A stretch of 64,000 bases of DNA, taken from Schizochytrium sp. TIO01 (lineage: Eukaryota; Protista; Bigyra: Labyrinthulomycetes). The stretch covers positions 1,984,001-2,048,000 of the forward strand of contig SMSO01000033.1 in the NCBI GenBank assembly GCA_004764695.1, given 5' to 3'. The position numbers and the translations under genes are program-made. This document shows, piece by piece, positions 45,804 through 60,111 of this stretch (position 1 is its first letter; each line of letters begins with the position of its first letter). The notes under the pieces were generated by a model. That model saw nothing but the letters and a program-made list of their open reading frames with translations, had not been told where the DNA came from and made no database searches.

Positions 45804-48800
45804 TTATTTTTCCCGAGCTTCTTCCACAATTATTCCGTTCGAAAGTTGAGTGAATAAGCGCCAAAGGAATTTTGTCCCATCCTTTTCGATTTGAGTAACC
45901 TCAAGTTCTGTACGGTCACTGTGTGAGGATGTACTCACAGTGCGAGTTGCTCCTCGCGGGCCTTTCCATTGCACAGCACGGTGCCATACTGTTTGAACAT
46001 ATGTAGATGACACTTCAGTGTCGTCGGGAATGAAGAAATCGCCAGTGGCTCCAAAAAGTCTACGATAAAGGTCATGAGAGCGACCGTCGCGGTGTATAAA
46101 AACCATATACAGCGAGACCACGAGGAGAGATATTCCCAGCATTATGGCATACATGAGGATCAGTAGGTACGCTGCGTTAAGCACAGAACCTTCATGAACA
46201 TAAAAGTAGTTTATGATGCGCCAAACGTCGGTGTCTGAGCAAAAGCAATCTCGTGCATGCTTGCCTGCAGCGCAATAGGAGTCGCATGATACCTGACCTG
46301 CGCAGCCATCTACAAAGACTGTAATTATAGGGTCGAATAAAGCCATAATACCTACCATCATAACCAATTTGTGCATCAAACTAGGCATACCACCGAGTAG
46401 GACTTGTATCGAAAAAGAAACTCCGCCAACAAAAGCGAAGAGACATAGCACAGAGAATGTTCCTACAAACATCATATTGGCTAAAGGATAAAGCGGCATG
46501 GATGTATCAGAGAATTTGATCACGCATTTATAAGGAAGAACTTGAAACAAGTATGCTGCACCATAGCCGCCTGAACGCAAATATAGGTATTGTCCACCGT
46601 AATGAGCAAACATCCGAAGGTAAAAGGCAGATACAATGAGAAACAGAGACATCCAGCCCTCATTCACCCTCATTCGACGAAGACGAAGTCCATTTCGTAG
46701 TTCCTGACCTAAATAACCAAGTTGATGTAGAATCGCTGCCTTTCGGGAGACCGGGGCTGCATGAAGTGCGTAAGTGTAATCCTCTAAGTCACGCATCGAG
46801 GGTTTTGTGAACGACTCTGCACGTTTGGCACGTTCTCGAGCTTTGATCGAATCAGACACAGGGTTTACACCGGGGATATTCTTCCCGCTTGACCATGGGT
46901 GTCTTGTGAAAGCATGTGCAAGGCTGGAAAGCCAGGACTTGGGAACACTGACCTCGATATTATTGTCATTGCCACCGTTATCCCCATGCAAAACCTCATT
47001 TGCTTGCATATCCTCGAAATTATGACTAAAGTCCATTTCCATAGTAACCTTTAGATCATCATCATGGCTAAGTCGTGACCCGTTTGATTTACTTAAAAGC
47101 CGCGAAACTGGCTCAACGTGAATGTATGCATTACATAGCCAACAATCAATATCGTGTGACATTGCTTTTTCAATCTTAAAGTACCTGTCAAAAGAGGCGC
47201 TGTACGCACCTTTCAGCACTGGGAGCTTAAATTGACCTTGGCAAAGATTACCCTCCGCATTGATCATAGGTAGCACAGACCATCCCACGATAGATTGTAC
47301 CTTAGAGGGGTCACGATCAGAACATCGAAATATTTCGAGTACAAAGACATTAGAACGAGCGACATGACGGCGAGGAGGACAAATAATCACGACAGAGTCG
47401 TGTACGGAAGCTTCAAAGGAATCAAAGCGACCTTTGTGATCGAATTGTCTAGACCATGATAGCTCGTTCTCAATTGTACCTTTTTCTGGTGCAGTTTTGC
47501 CTTCTTTATTCGCATCAAAATGTACCAGTCGTGTTCCTGCAAGTTCGTCCAAGACATAAATGCCTACACGGTATTTCCCTCGAGGGAGCTTATCTTTTAC
47601 GCCTCTTAACACATCTATTCGAAGTGCAACCTTTTGGGGAACCTTATGCGATGTGTCGATGATAAGCTTGCGAGCACTGTATGAGTTATCCTCATGGAGA
47701 ACTCCAAACTCCTCGCGTATTTGTGCATCTTGTTTAGCCAAAGTCCTGCGCAAATGCTCTTCACGGCGCATGAATGCTCGACGCAATTTGGGCTCTAAGT
47801 TTGCTAAGTTAGCACTGATAGCATCTCGAACAGCCTCAACCTTGTGCTCACGCTCAAACTGAAGCTGGATAACGCGATCTCGTGCATCTTTTTCACGTGA
47901 AATAATGTCTGCCTCACGACTTTCAAAATACTGATGAACTTTGTCACGATTTTCTCGCTGGCGCTGGCGGATCAAAGCAAGGCGTGCAGCAACTTGCTCC
48001 TTAGGGACGCTGGATATTTTCATCTTTTGGTCTTGAGTAAGCTCCTCGAATTGCATTAAACGTTGTGCATCAGATCGCTTCTCCTTCAAGCGGTCTTTAG
48101 ATCGTTGGAGAAAATCTGCAAATTTGCTTGTATCTATCACCACATCTGCAGTAGATGCAGAGCGAAGCTCCTCCTCTTCTTGGGAAAGACTTTGAAAAAG
48201 ATCATCTTCGTCCTCCTGTATGACCGATGCAAAAAAGTTATTGAGGTCATGCATGTCAGTTTGTGCCTGGTTTGGCTCACTGCTCAGACAAGACTCGGCG
48301 GACTGGCTTTGATGCAGATCTATTTTAGACAGAGTTTTAGGCTTTTCGATACGCTCAGCTTTGGGCTCTACTGCCTCAGGAATAGCATTGCTCTCAGCTG
48401 CAGAGACAATCTCAGCAGACAGAACTCCCCCCTCGTGATTGACCTGTGCATTTGCTGACTGCTCACCTGCTTCGATTTCCAATTTTAGTTGCTCAGCTTT
48501 CGGGACTTGAAAGTTACTGTCCTCTCCCAACTGGGAGTCTTGTTCCATCTTAGAATCAAGGTTTATAGTTTCATGATTGTTGACAATTTCTCTTGCTCTT
48601 TGGCCAGACTCTTGATCTTCCGTCTTTTCATTTCTTGAAAAGTTCTCTTCGGAGATCAGCTTGCGCATTTGGTTATCTGTTGATTGCGATTTTACAGCAA
48701 CCCCAAATTCTGCTCGTGCCTGATCTAGAGACGTCAAGTCTTGCAGCATGTCTGCGCCCTCCACAATCTGCGAGGGTGAAGAGTTGTGAGCAATAGATTG

Positions 48801-49298
48801 GGAGCCTTTTTGCTCATGCACCCCAATTGAGTCGATTTGGCCCATATCTCTTTTCTCGACATGTTTACTCTCAGGAGAATCGTTTTTAGTTCTGGTTTGT
48901 GAATCCAGATTACTAGTAAATAGTCTGGAAGATGCAGAGACCACCGTTTCTTTGGATGAAGACCCGCTCAGCTTCTTGGCTTCCAAGGCTTGCTCAATTG
49001 TTCCATTAGGATTTCGTATAACAGAAGCATCTTGTGTTGATTCTAGCTTATCTTTGGTTTGGTCTGCACCTTCATCTATACTACTTTCAGATTTTCCATG
49101 ACTCTTAGTCAAACTTTTCTTTAGTTCTGTTTGCACTCCTCGAGGAGCTCCATCTGTTTGTAATGAGTTGGAGAGACTGGATTGGTCTCTCGGCTGGCTT
49201 GTGGGCAACTGGGGCGTTTGTGTATCCTGGCTAGAAGCCTCGATGTCATTGTTTATGTCTTCAGTTACCGCAGTATCTGACTTTTGCGCTTCGGACAT
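45804..49298 (-). CDS. OFCC1-like (orofacial cleft 1 candidate homolog) protein: coiled coil, C2-like beta domain, C-terminal multi-TM region
   Basis: 'PQKVALRIDVLRGVKDKLPRGKY', 'HKGRF', 'FVLEIF', 'VGWSVLP..GQFKLPVLKG', 'RMFAHYGGQYLYL', 'HRDGRSHDLYRRL..FFIPDDTEVS' resemble the OFCC1 family. First ATG is at 49298. Confidence 0.7.
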   Translation of the reverse strand: MSEAQKSDTAVTEDINNDIEASSQDTQTPQLPTSQPRDQSSLSNSLQTDGAPRGVQTELKKSLTKSHGKSESSIDEGADQTKDKLESTQDASVIRNPNGTIEQALEAKKLSGSSSKETVVSASSRLFTSNLDSQTRTKNDSPESKHVEKRDMGQIDSIGVHEQKGSQSIAHNSSPSQIVEGADMLQDLTSLDQARAEFGVAVKSQSTDNQMRKLISEENFSRNEKTEDQESGQRAREIVNNHETINLDSKMEQDSQLGEDSNFQVPKAEQLKLEIEAGEQSANAQVNHEGGVLSAEIVSAAESNAIPEAVEPKAERIEKPKTLSKIDLHQSQSAESCLSSEPNQAQTDMHDLNNFFASVIQEDEDDLFQSLSQEEEELRSASTADVVIDTSKFADFLQRSKDRLKEKRSDAQRLMQFEELTQDQKMKISSVPKEQVAARLALIRQRQRENRDKVHQYFESREADIISREKDARDRVIQLQFEREHKVEAVRDAISANLANLEPKLRRAFMRREEHLRRTLAKQDAQIREEFGVLHEDNSYSARKLIIDTSHKVPQKVALRIDVLRGVKDKLPRGKYRVGIYVLDELAGTRLVHFDANKEGKTAPEKGTIENELSWSRQFDHKGRFDSFEASVHDSVVIICPPRRHVARSNVFVLEIFRCSDRDPSKVQSIVGWSVLPMINAEGNLCQGQFKLPVLKGAYSASFDRYFKIEKAMSHDIDCWLCNAYIHVEPVSRLLSKSNGSRLSHDDDLKVTMEMDFSHNFEDMQANEVLHGDNGGNDNNIEVSVPKSWLSSLAHAFTRHPWSSGKNIPGVNPVSDSIKARERAKRAESFTKPSMRDLEDYTYALHAAPVSRKAAILHQLGYLGQELRNGLRLRRMRVNEGWMSLFLIVSAFYLRMFAHYGGQYLYLRSGGYGAAYLFQVLPYKCVIKFSDTSMPLYPLANMMFVGTFSVLCLFAFVGGVSFSIQVLLGGMPSLMHKLVMMVGIMALFDPIITVFVDGCAGQVSCDSYCAAGKHARDCFCSDTDVWRIINYFYVHEGSVLNAAYLLILMYAIMLGISLLVVSLYMVFIHRDGRSHDLYRRLFGATGDFFIPDDTEVSSTYVQTVWHRAVQWKGPRGATRTVSTSSHSDRTELEVTQIEKDGTKFLWRLFTQLSNGIIVEEAREK

Positions 49299-50427
49299 GA
49301 TAAGCGTCAACTCAGCTGATTATGATCTCTGCTCGGTGCGTGTTTGCATAAAAGTATATCCTCCCTCTTTGGCCCTGTGTATTGTAACAAACTTGGTTTT
49401 GCCTATCATGAGAAACTATACCTATCAAAAGCAAGGGACAGAGTCTCGGGGGCTTTGCTTATGCTCAAATGCAAGTGTACTCGCTTTTACCTTCTCAAGT
49501 TTGCTATACTTCTGGTTTCTTCGCCTGCATGCGGCAGTGCGAAATCGATCTAGAACCACGCTTGGAATAATTCCTTGATTAGACTCTCGAACGGGGAAAT
49601 CCATTTGTGGAGAGGCATTGCTAAATACAATGAACAAGCCCAAAGGAAAGCGTAGGACTCCTCTAATAATACCATACCATAAGCTATGTTTCCTATACCT
49701 GGCTCTAACGGCTATTTTGTGAAAAAAGAAAAAGGCTAAACACTCGTACTACAAAAAGAGAGAACAACAGGAAGAAAAAAAGAAATAAAAGGATTACAGA
49801 CGATTAGAAAAAGAAATACGGGTTTAATAAAATAAGGTCTTTTAAATGCAGGTGAGAAAAAGACCAAGAATCATGTTTCAAAGAAACCAAGGTTCATTCA
49901 GGCTTTATTCACGCGAGTACCCTCTTTTGCAATCGCATTGTTCAGTAGTCTGGAAAAGATCGGGAAAGCATTCCAAATCGGCGAAACTCATCAAACACAA
50001 CTGCACTCTTTTATCATCATATATTATGGAAATATTATGAAACTCCGGATGTTAAGCCTGACTTGTTTCTTAAACTTTATATTACATATGCTCTTGTCCA
50101 GTATACTAATGACTCTGACTAAATTTTGTTCAATGTAGATTTGTAACGCTTATATAATGACTCCGCCTTCATACAGGTATAGCACCAATGAAACAAAGGT
50201 AACAAGGATATAAAGACTTAAGGTGAGCAGATTTCAATCTAAAACGAGAAATACAAGCGAGAGCTAGCAAACAACCAATTAAGGCTGGAAAATGGTTCAC
50301 TTCTAACCAAGGCCTATGCTTGAGGTGTTTAAAACATGACTAGCAGAAATTCTGGAGACGAAAATTTAGTAAAGGTCCCCTCTTGGAGTATATACCATAT
50401 ACGCTGCTGTTGTCGAAAAGTATTTGC

Positions 50428-51435
50428 CTAGTCCTGTTTTTTATGGATAACGAGAGGGACCATTTCACAATTGGCAGGCCAATGGTAGGGCGCTTTGAGT
50501 ACCTTAGTGGTATGCGCCATTTGGGAGGAGTGGCCAGCAATGACAACGCGTTTCCAGGGCGTTTGCATGAGCCAATTGTAGAAGTAAGCGATGCGAGTTT
50601 CGATGTGCTCATCTGTTTCACGCTCATCGGTCCACCACTCATCATGTTCAGATTCCATGAAGAGGTCAAAATTAATCTCTGGAAATTCGTTCTTCAGTTC
50701 AGAAATTGATCTCCGCTGATCGCATGTATTCTTTCCGAAGCGTTCACGGGACAATTCCACAGCGTAGATTGGGACTTTGCCCCAGATCTCAGCGAGGCCA
50801 ATCTTCGCTGTTTCAATGGCACGCGTGAGCGGAGAAACAATGATGACATCAGCTCTCAAGCCATTATCGAGAGCAGCTGTAAACGACTCGCGTAATTTTT
50901 CGCACTGCTGCTGGCCAACAGAGTTAAGGTGTGCATCGCGAAAACGTGGAGTTTTGGCAATTTCATTTTCCCATTTTTCAGAGCCAAATTCTCTCTCTGC
51001 TGCGTTGTGATCACCTTCTCCATGGCGGATGAGGTGTACCACCTTGATTGACTCGTCCTCCTCCTCAAGTTTTGCAACATCCCTTTCAAAGTCATGCCAG
51101 GTTGCGCTTGGGGAGAGACCAAGTCGATGGAGCTCTTTACTTGTGAGTTGAATTGTGCTTTGCGGTAAGAATTCTACAAGGCACTTGTGATCACGAGACT
51201 CGTGATAGTGTTTGGACAACTCAACCAGAGCCTTTTCATTCGCATAAGGGTCATTACTCCTAACAGTGGTAGATCCTCTTGCGCGGATGGCAAAGGTAAC
51301 ACCCACAGCTGCGAGAGCAACTACTACAGCTGCCCCAAGCAAGAAGGTGCTTGGCCACGCCGCAGAGACATCGTCACCCTTGCCTTTCGTAGTTGTAGAA
51401 ACTAAGGTAGTCTTGTTTATATTAGGACTTGACAT
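50428..51435 (-). CDS. Histidine phosphatase superfamily (phosphoglycerate mutase-like) protein with an N-terminal signal anchor
   Basis: 'HLIRHGEGDHN', 'DAHLNSVGQQQ', 'IVSPLTRAIET', 'RERFGKNTCDQRR', 'VVIAGHS', 'NCE'; hydrophobic segment at aa ~30-49. Confidence 0.9.
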   Translation of the reverse strand: MSSPNINKTTLVSTTTKGKGDDVSAAWPSTFLLGAAVVVALAAVGVTFAIRARGSTTVRSNDPYANEKALVELSKHYHESRDHKCLVEFLPQSTIQLTSKELHRLGLSPSATWHDFERDVAKLEEEDESIKVVHLIRHGEGDHNAAEREFGSEKWENEIAKTPRFRDAHLNSVGQQQCEKLRESFTAALDNGLRADVIIVSPLTRAIETAKIGLAEIWGKVPIYAVELSRERFGKNTCDQRRSISELKNEFPEINFDLFMESEHDEWWTDERETDEHIETRIAYFYNWLMQTPWKRVVIAGHSSQMAHTTKVLKAPYHWPANCEMVPLVIHKKQD

Positions 51436-53068
51436 GGTCGTGTTGCGTAGTCCTTGCTCTTGAGGCTGCTACTTGCGTACCTAAAAGTGCTTCTGGTGGA
51501 GCCCAAAGCAGTGTTTCTGGTTTGCCATGTAGCCAAGCCATCTTCACCTGTAGATGTTAGAGAAGAAAAACAAATCAGGGGGAGAGAGAAAGAAAGGAAT
51601 AAGAATACATTAGTAGGTATTAGCCTTTAAAATCCTAAAATTTTAGCTGCTAAAGAGAGGATCTTTGGCTTTGTAATAAGTAGCCCTTGGTCAAGAAGAA
51701 ATTGTAACTCCATCCTGAAAATGCAGTACTTGTTATTAAACTGCTGGGGTATCCTTAAAATTTTGAAAATAAACCACGCAAATAAACCTCCTGAGCAAAA
51801 CCAAAAGTGTTACCATCACTTGTAACAAAAAACAGTGACTCTAAAAAGTAAAGTTTAATGAAGCGTTCAAAGGCAGAAGAGCGTTTAGCCAGTAGCGCTT
51901 CACGCTTTAAGTTCTTCAATCTGTTTTAGAATATTGAATGGTATTTTAATGTGATATATATAATATTTAGAGAAAGAACCTATATAGAGTGAAGTAAATG
52001 AGGGTAGTTTATTAAAGCAGCACCAAGTACATATACATAAGAAATTATGTATCCTGTTACCTCTGTGCATCAACAAAGTCGCACTTTCTTTATTTTGCAT
52101 TTCTTTCAATTGAAACTTTGAAGAGTTTACCACGGGACCTAGTGTGGTATTATTATGTTATCTTGCTGTGTCAAGCCTGTTCTTTTGAAGGTTCAAAAAC
52201 TAAGTAAACCACAAAACACCTAGCTAGATCTATTCTTGAGAGTCCTGTCAAACTTTCTTCAAAGACTAAGCAGTACCATTTTGCCTTAAGGCCCAATTGG
52301 GCTAAGGCTATATAGGATGTAGGTGATACTATATTTCTTTAAGATGTACCTCAGGCTACCTCTAGTAGACATAGCGACTAGTATTAAAAAGAGGCTTTTT
52401 TAATTAAAAGCTTCTTTGAATTAAAAATAAAATAAAATACAAAAAATACAAAAGTTAAATTAGTAAAATTCGATAATGTCTTTACTCGTAAATACAAGAA
52501 GAACATTACTTTAGCTTCATATCCATTTTTGTTAGGAATTTAAGAACTAGGACTGGTGTAGAGCTGACATTGAAATGCAATGTTCTTCTTTAAAATCCCT
52601 ATTCCTTCCATTGTCTGTGAGCATTAGGCAGATAAGTGCCTATATACTCTAGAGAGAGAACGCGAGCGAAGGAGCAATAAGCCACAGCACCTACCTAATA
52701 ACTAATACACAATATGTATAAGAATATTTAATATCTTAGTACCTACCTAACTGCTATACAGGGTGGCATCATCCTCTAACTGTTATGCATCAATATGCAC
52801 CCCTTTCAACCCTTCCTTCTACTTGAGTTTAAACTCAGTTCAATTCTATACTTTACTTAGGTTATTATTTCCTATAGCCCTCTATTATTGTTTCCAATGT
52901 AGAGCATATCCTAGTACCTAGGTAACCTACCTATTCCCTTCACCACTATATCTTGTACTACTAATACAAGACAGGTATGTACCACCATAAGAGAAACACT
53001 ACTCCTGCTCCTAGTGGTACTCTTGTATTGGCAAGTAACAGCATGACTATCTTCAAGTCGAGCGTTGA

Positions 53069-53121
53069 AGAAGAAGGAGAGGGAGAAGAAGAAGAAGAAG
53101 AAGAAGAAGAAAAAGAAGAAG
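53069..53121. repeat. (GAA)n-rich purine tract upstream of the TPR-ANK-LsmAD gene
   Basis: Directly visible 'gaagaagaagaagaagaagaagaa'. Confidence 0.85.
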
Positions 53122-53245
53122 AGAATAAGGAGATAAGGACACGGAGACGCGGTCGGCAGAAAAAGGAAATACAGACACGGTTGGAGAAGAGAGAGAGCGA
53201 GCGAGAGGCGCACGCAAGACAAGCCTAACAAAGGTTTATTAAAAA

Positions 53246-55231
53246 ATGGTGGGCGACAACCTGGGCGAAGAAGAGGTGATCCTGCTGCCTGCTTCGAGCT
53301 CGGAGAAGGGTGTTCTCGCAGAGACAGCAGCTGCAGGAGCAGCAGAGGAGAATCGCAACAGCAACAGCAATAACAGCAAGAAGAGCAGCAACAGCAAAAA
53401 AAATGATAACGTGAGTGAGGACAGCAGCGATGATGATGACGATGATGATCTCGAGGCAATGATGCGTTTTGTGGGAGACAAGCAAGGGCTACGCGAGATG
53501 AAGGGAGACCAGCGACACATTGTCCGTGAAGACGAGTACACGAAAGCCACAAAGGCTGTAACTCAACAGCACCGAGAGGAGCAGGACCAAGCCAAGAAAA
53601 AGGAAAAACGCAAAGCTCTACATGCTCTAACGCTCAAGAATCTTCGTGCGGCAGATCCCTCCGGATGGGAAGCAGCTACGGAAGATGATGAATTGGAAGC
53701 TGGTACTGAAGATGAGGAGCTCATTCAACTCAAGATGGCCAATGAAAATGCCTCTGAGGAAAAGAAATTCTCCGCCTATATTGAAGCAGGAAAGGAGAAG
53801 ATCCAAGCCAAAGATTTCGAGGCCGCCAAAGCAATTCTCAAACAGGGACTCGACTTCTGTGAAGAGCACCCTGGTAAGATTTCCTGGCAGGCATCAATGC
53901 GCTTTAGCATGGGTTCTGTTCTGCTGCAGCTTGGGGATGTCCGTTTGGCCATTGTGGAGTTCATTGAGGCGCTTAAGAGAGTTCGCTCTTGTCCTCCTTC
54001 TTCTCGGCAGCTCGAGAAACCAATTTTGCAGCGCCTTGTGCAAGCCTATTCCGACATTGGCAAGATGAGTGACGCGGAAGCATGCCAAAAGGAGGTTGAA
54101 AGACTCTCAGGTCAGAGTCAGGGGCCCGCAGGCATTTCCGGTACGAGCAAGTCCCAGGGAGCTGGCGGCGATGAGGAGGACGACCTCCCATCTGCAGTAG
54201 CAGAGAGCATGGATCAAGCCATTGAAGGGGCAGTCGCCGGCCATTTCGGCTTTCTGAGAGCCCTTCTCAATGCCTTTCGCGAGGGCCGCGGTGAGGTTTC
54301 TCTACAGCAGATCGTGAACTTTCAGCATTCAGTAACTTTGGCTAGTCCACTGATGGTAGCTGCTGCGAAAGGTGAGCATAACCTTGTTCAGGCGCTTCTG
54401 CACGCTGGCGCGAATGTGCATGCCACGTCAGCGGACGGAAGCTCTGCGCTAGCGTGGGCCTGTAAGTTCAATCAGCCACAAGTACTTCGTACCTTGCTAG
54501 AGTCAGGTGCCCAATTTGACGCAAGCATCACCTCAGCAATGATCGAGTCCTTGGCGGACCCAGTCAAGCAGGCCATTGCGGATTTTGTGGCTTCCCGCAA
54601 ACAAGCTGCTGCTGGCAGTGGCATTTCTGCAGCAGGAGCACCAGTTCAACACCAGGAGAAGAAGACACAAAAGCCCTCTCAAACGGGATCTTCTGGAAAG
54701 CAGAACAACAAAAACACAAGTTCGACAACCTCGACAAAGTCTGGCTCTCAGAAGCGCAGCGGTAAGGTTGGTGGCCCCCGTAAGCTTGAAAAATGGGCAG
54801 CAGGTACATCAGAAGACGGTGCTGGACAAAAAGCTGGTGCATCATCGAAATCAGGACCTCTTGGCAATGAGGTCACACAAGAATGGGACCAATTTAAGGC
54901 GAATGAGGCTCTTGGCGTACATGCAAATTCATTTGATGAAAACCTTTACACAACGAAGCTTGATATCGACTCGATCCCAGCAGAAGTCCAAGCGCAGGCT
55001 GATGCTTTATGCGAGGCAATGCAACGAGACAAGGCTACCAACCCTCGTGCACAAAAAAATCCAGATGACGATGAAGAGGCACTTTATTCGGCTGTTTCCC
55101 GAGAACCACAGGCTGGTCAGACTGATGAGGATGGCTTCACTGATGCTGCTGTGCTCAAACGGAAAAACCGCCCTCGTCGCTCTCAAGCCAGAGGCAAGGG
55201 CCCCTCTAAGAGCGGTTCCAAATCCAAGTAG
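53246..55231 (+). CDS. TPR + ankyrin repeat + LsmAD (ataxin-2/Pbp1-type) domain protein
   Basis: TPR-like helices at ~53770-54100; ankyrin repeats 'SPLMVAAAKGEHNLVQALLHAGANV' and 'GSSALAWACKFNQPQVLRTLLESGA'; LsmAD 'WDQFKANEALGV..FDENLYTTKLD..DDDEEALYSAVSR'. Confidence 0.85.
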   Translation: MVGDNLGEEEVILLPASSSEKGVLAETAAAGAAEENRNSNSNNSKKSSNSKKNDNVSEDSSDDDDDDDLEAMMRFVGDKQGLREMKGDQRHIVREDEYTKATKAVTQQHREEQDQAKKKEKRKALHALTLKNLRAADPSGWEAATEDDELEAGTEDEELIQLKMANENASEEKKFSAYIEAGKEKIQAKDFEAAKAILKQGLDFCEEHPGKISWQASMRFSMGSVLLQLGDVRLAIVEFIEALKRVRSCPPSSRQLEKPILQRLVQAYSDIGKMSDAEACQKEVERLSGQSQGPAGISGTSKSQGAGGDEEDDLPSAVAESMDQAIEGAVAGHFGFLRALLNAFREGRGEVSLQQIVNFQHSVTLASPLMVAAAKGEHNLVQALLHAGANVHATSADGSSALAWACKFNQPQVLRTLLESGAQFDASITSAMIESLADPVKQAIADFVASRKQAAAGSGISAAGAPVQHQEKKTQKPSQTGSSGKQNNKNTSSTTSTKSGSQKRSGKVGGPRKLEKWAAGTSEDGAGQKAGASSKSGPLGNEVTQEWDQFKANEALGVHANSFDENLYTTKLDIDSIPAEVQAQADALCEAMQRDKATNPRAQKNPDDDEEALYSAVSREPQAGQTDEDGFTDAAVLKRKNRPRRSQARGKGPSKSGSKSK

Positions 55232-55869
55232 ACATGATGATATAGATAAGAACCTTTCATAACAAGCTCCTTTGGGGAGCTTTGGGGAGCTTTGGATCTT
55301 CTTTGGCGCGCATATTACCTATTATAATAGAAAAAAGACGACTCCACCAATATTTTGCCTACTGTGTATTATTTCTGTCTGTATGCTCTAGTTTCTTGAA
55401 AGTCGATTGAGACTGGACTAGAGATGCTTTGTTGTTTTTCGCATCGCACCTTTCTTGTGGACTGATAGGAGAACTCTACGTGCAGACCACCTTTGCTTTG
55501 TAACGTAAGCAAATAGTTATGACCAATGTCTTCAAATAGTGATAATACACACAAGTTTATACAACATATAGAAGAATTTAGCTTTCCTAAAGTGGTTCTG
55601 TTTGCGAGCAAGAGTCAATGCGTTATCCAGATGATTCCAAAAGCACAGCAACGGATCTACAGTTTAATTTGAGTAAAACCTAACCGCCTCACAATTGACT
55701 ATTTTAAATACTTTACTTCTTAAGTGAGCCGTCCAGACATTTCATCACCATCTTCTGATGGTTACGTCTGGACTTGAACGGGACTTGAATCATACCTCTG
55801 ACTCCTATTTTCTTTAGTTTACAACATCACTTTATTAATCTTAACAATGGTAATTTGAGCATTCTGCAT

Positions 55870-59568
<3,699 letters not shown>

Positions 59569-60111
59569 TTACAACATGGATGAGTTAGTAGTCTACACTG
59601 CTGCTAAACTATTAGATGCAAGAGGTCTTCTGCAGAGTTATCAAAATTGCGGGACGGAAAGCCTGCAATTGAATATGTATGTAGTCCTGCTCCGTCTAGT
59701 TGCAAAAGCAGGGGAAGAAAAAAAAAAAAAAAGAGCAGAAAGGTTCGTTGAATTAAAAAGAAAAAGAAAAAAAAGAAAAAAACTTGAATACTTAAAAAAC
59801 AAAAGAGAGAAAGGAAAGGGCTGAAGGGGAGATATATCCCGGAGATCTCAAATTTAAAAAATGGTTCAAGATGTCTAAAACTTGGGAATGAAACTTGACT
59901 TTAATTAAAAGGGAGTATCTCCAAGATTTACTTAATCAATGCAGAAAATAGCAAAAATTAACTGGCGCATGTACACGATAAGCTAGCTAGGTGAAGCTCA
60001 AAAAAAATTCTAGCAATCATTACTTTATCTAAAATACCTAGCTCGACACCAACAATTGCCAACATCTAGTCTATTTTGGCAAATCAAGCAAAAAGTTGAG
60101 GCTTCCAAAAT

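Noticed and set aside
54576-55262. 228-aa alternate-frame ORF overlapping the TPR-ANK-LsmAD gene
   Set aside because: Non-ATG start and no motifs; the main frame carries the conserved LsmAD.
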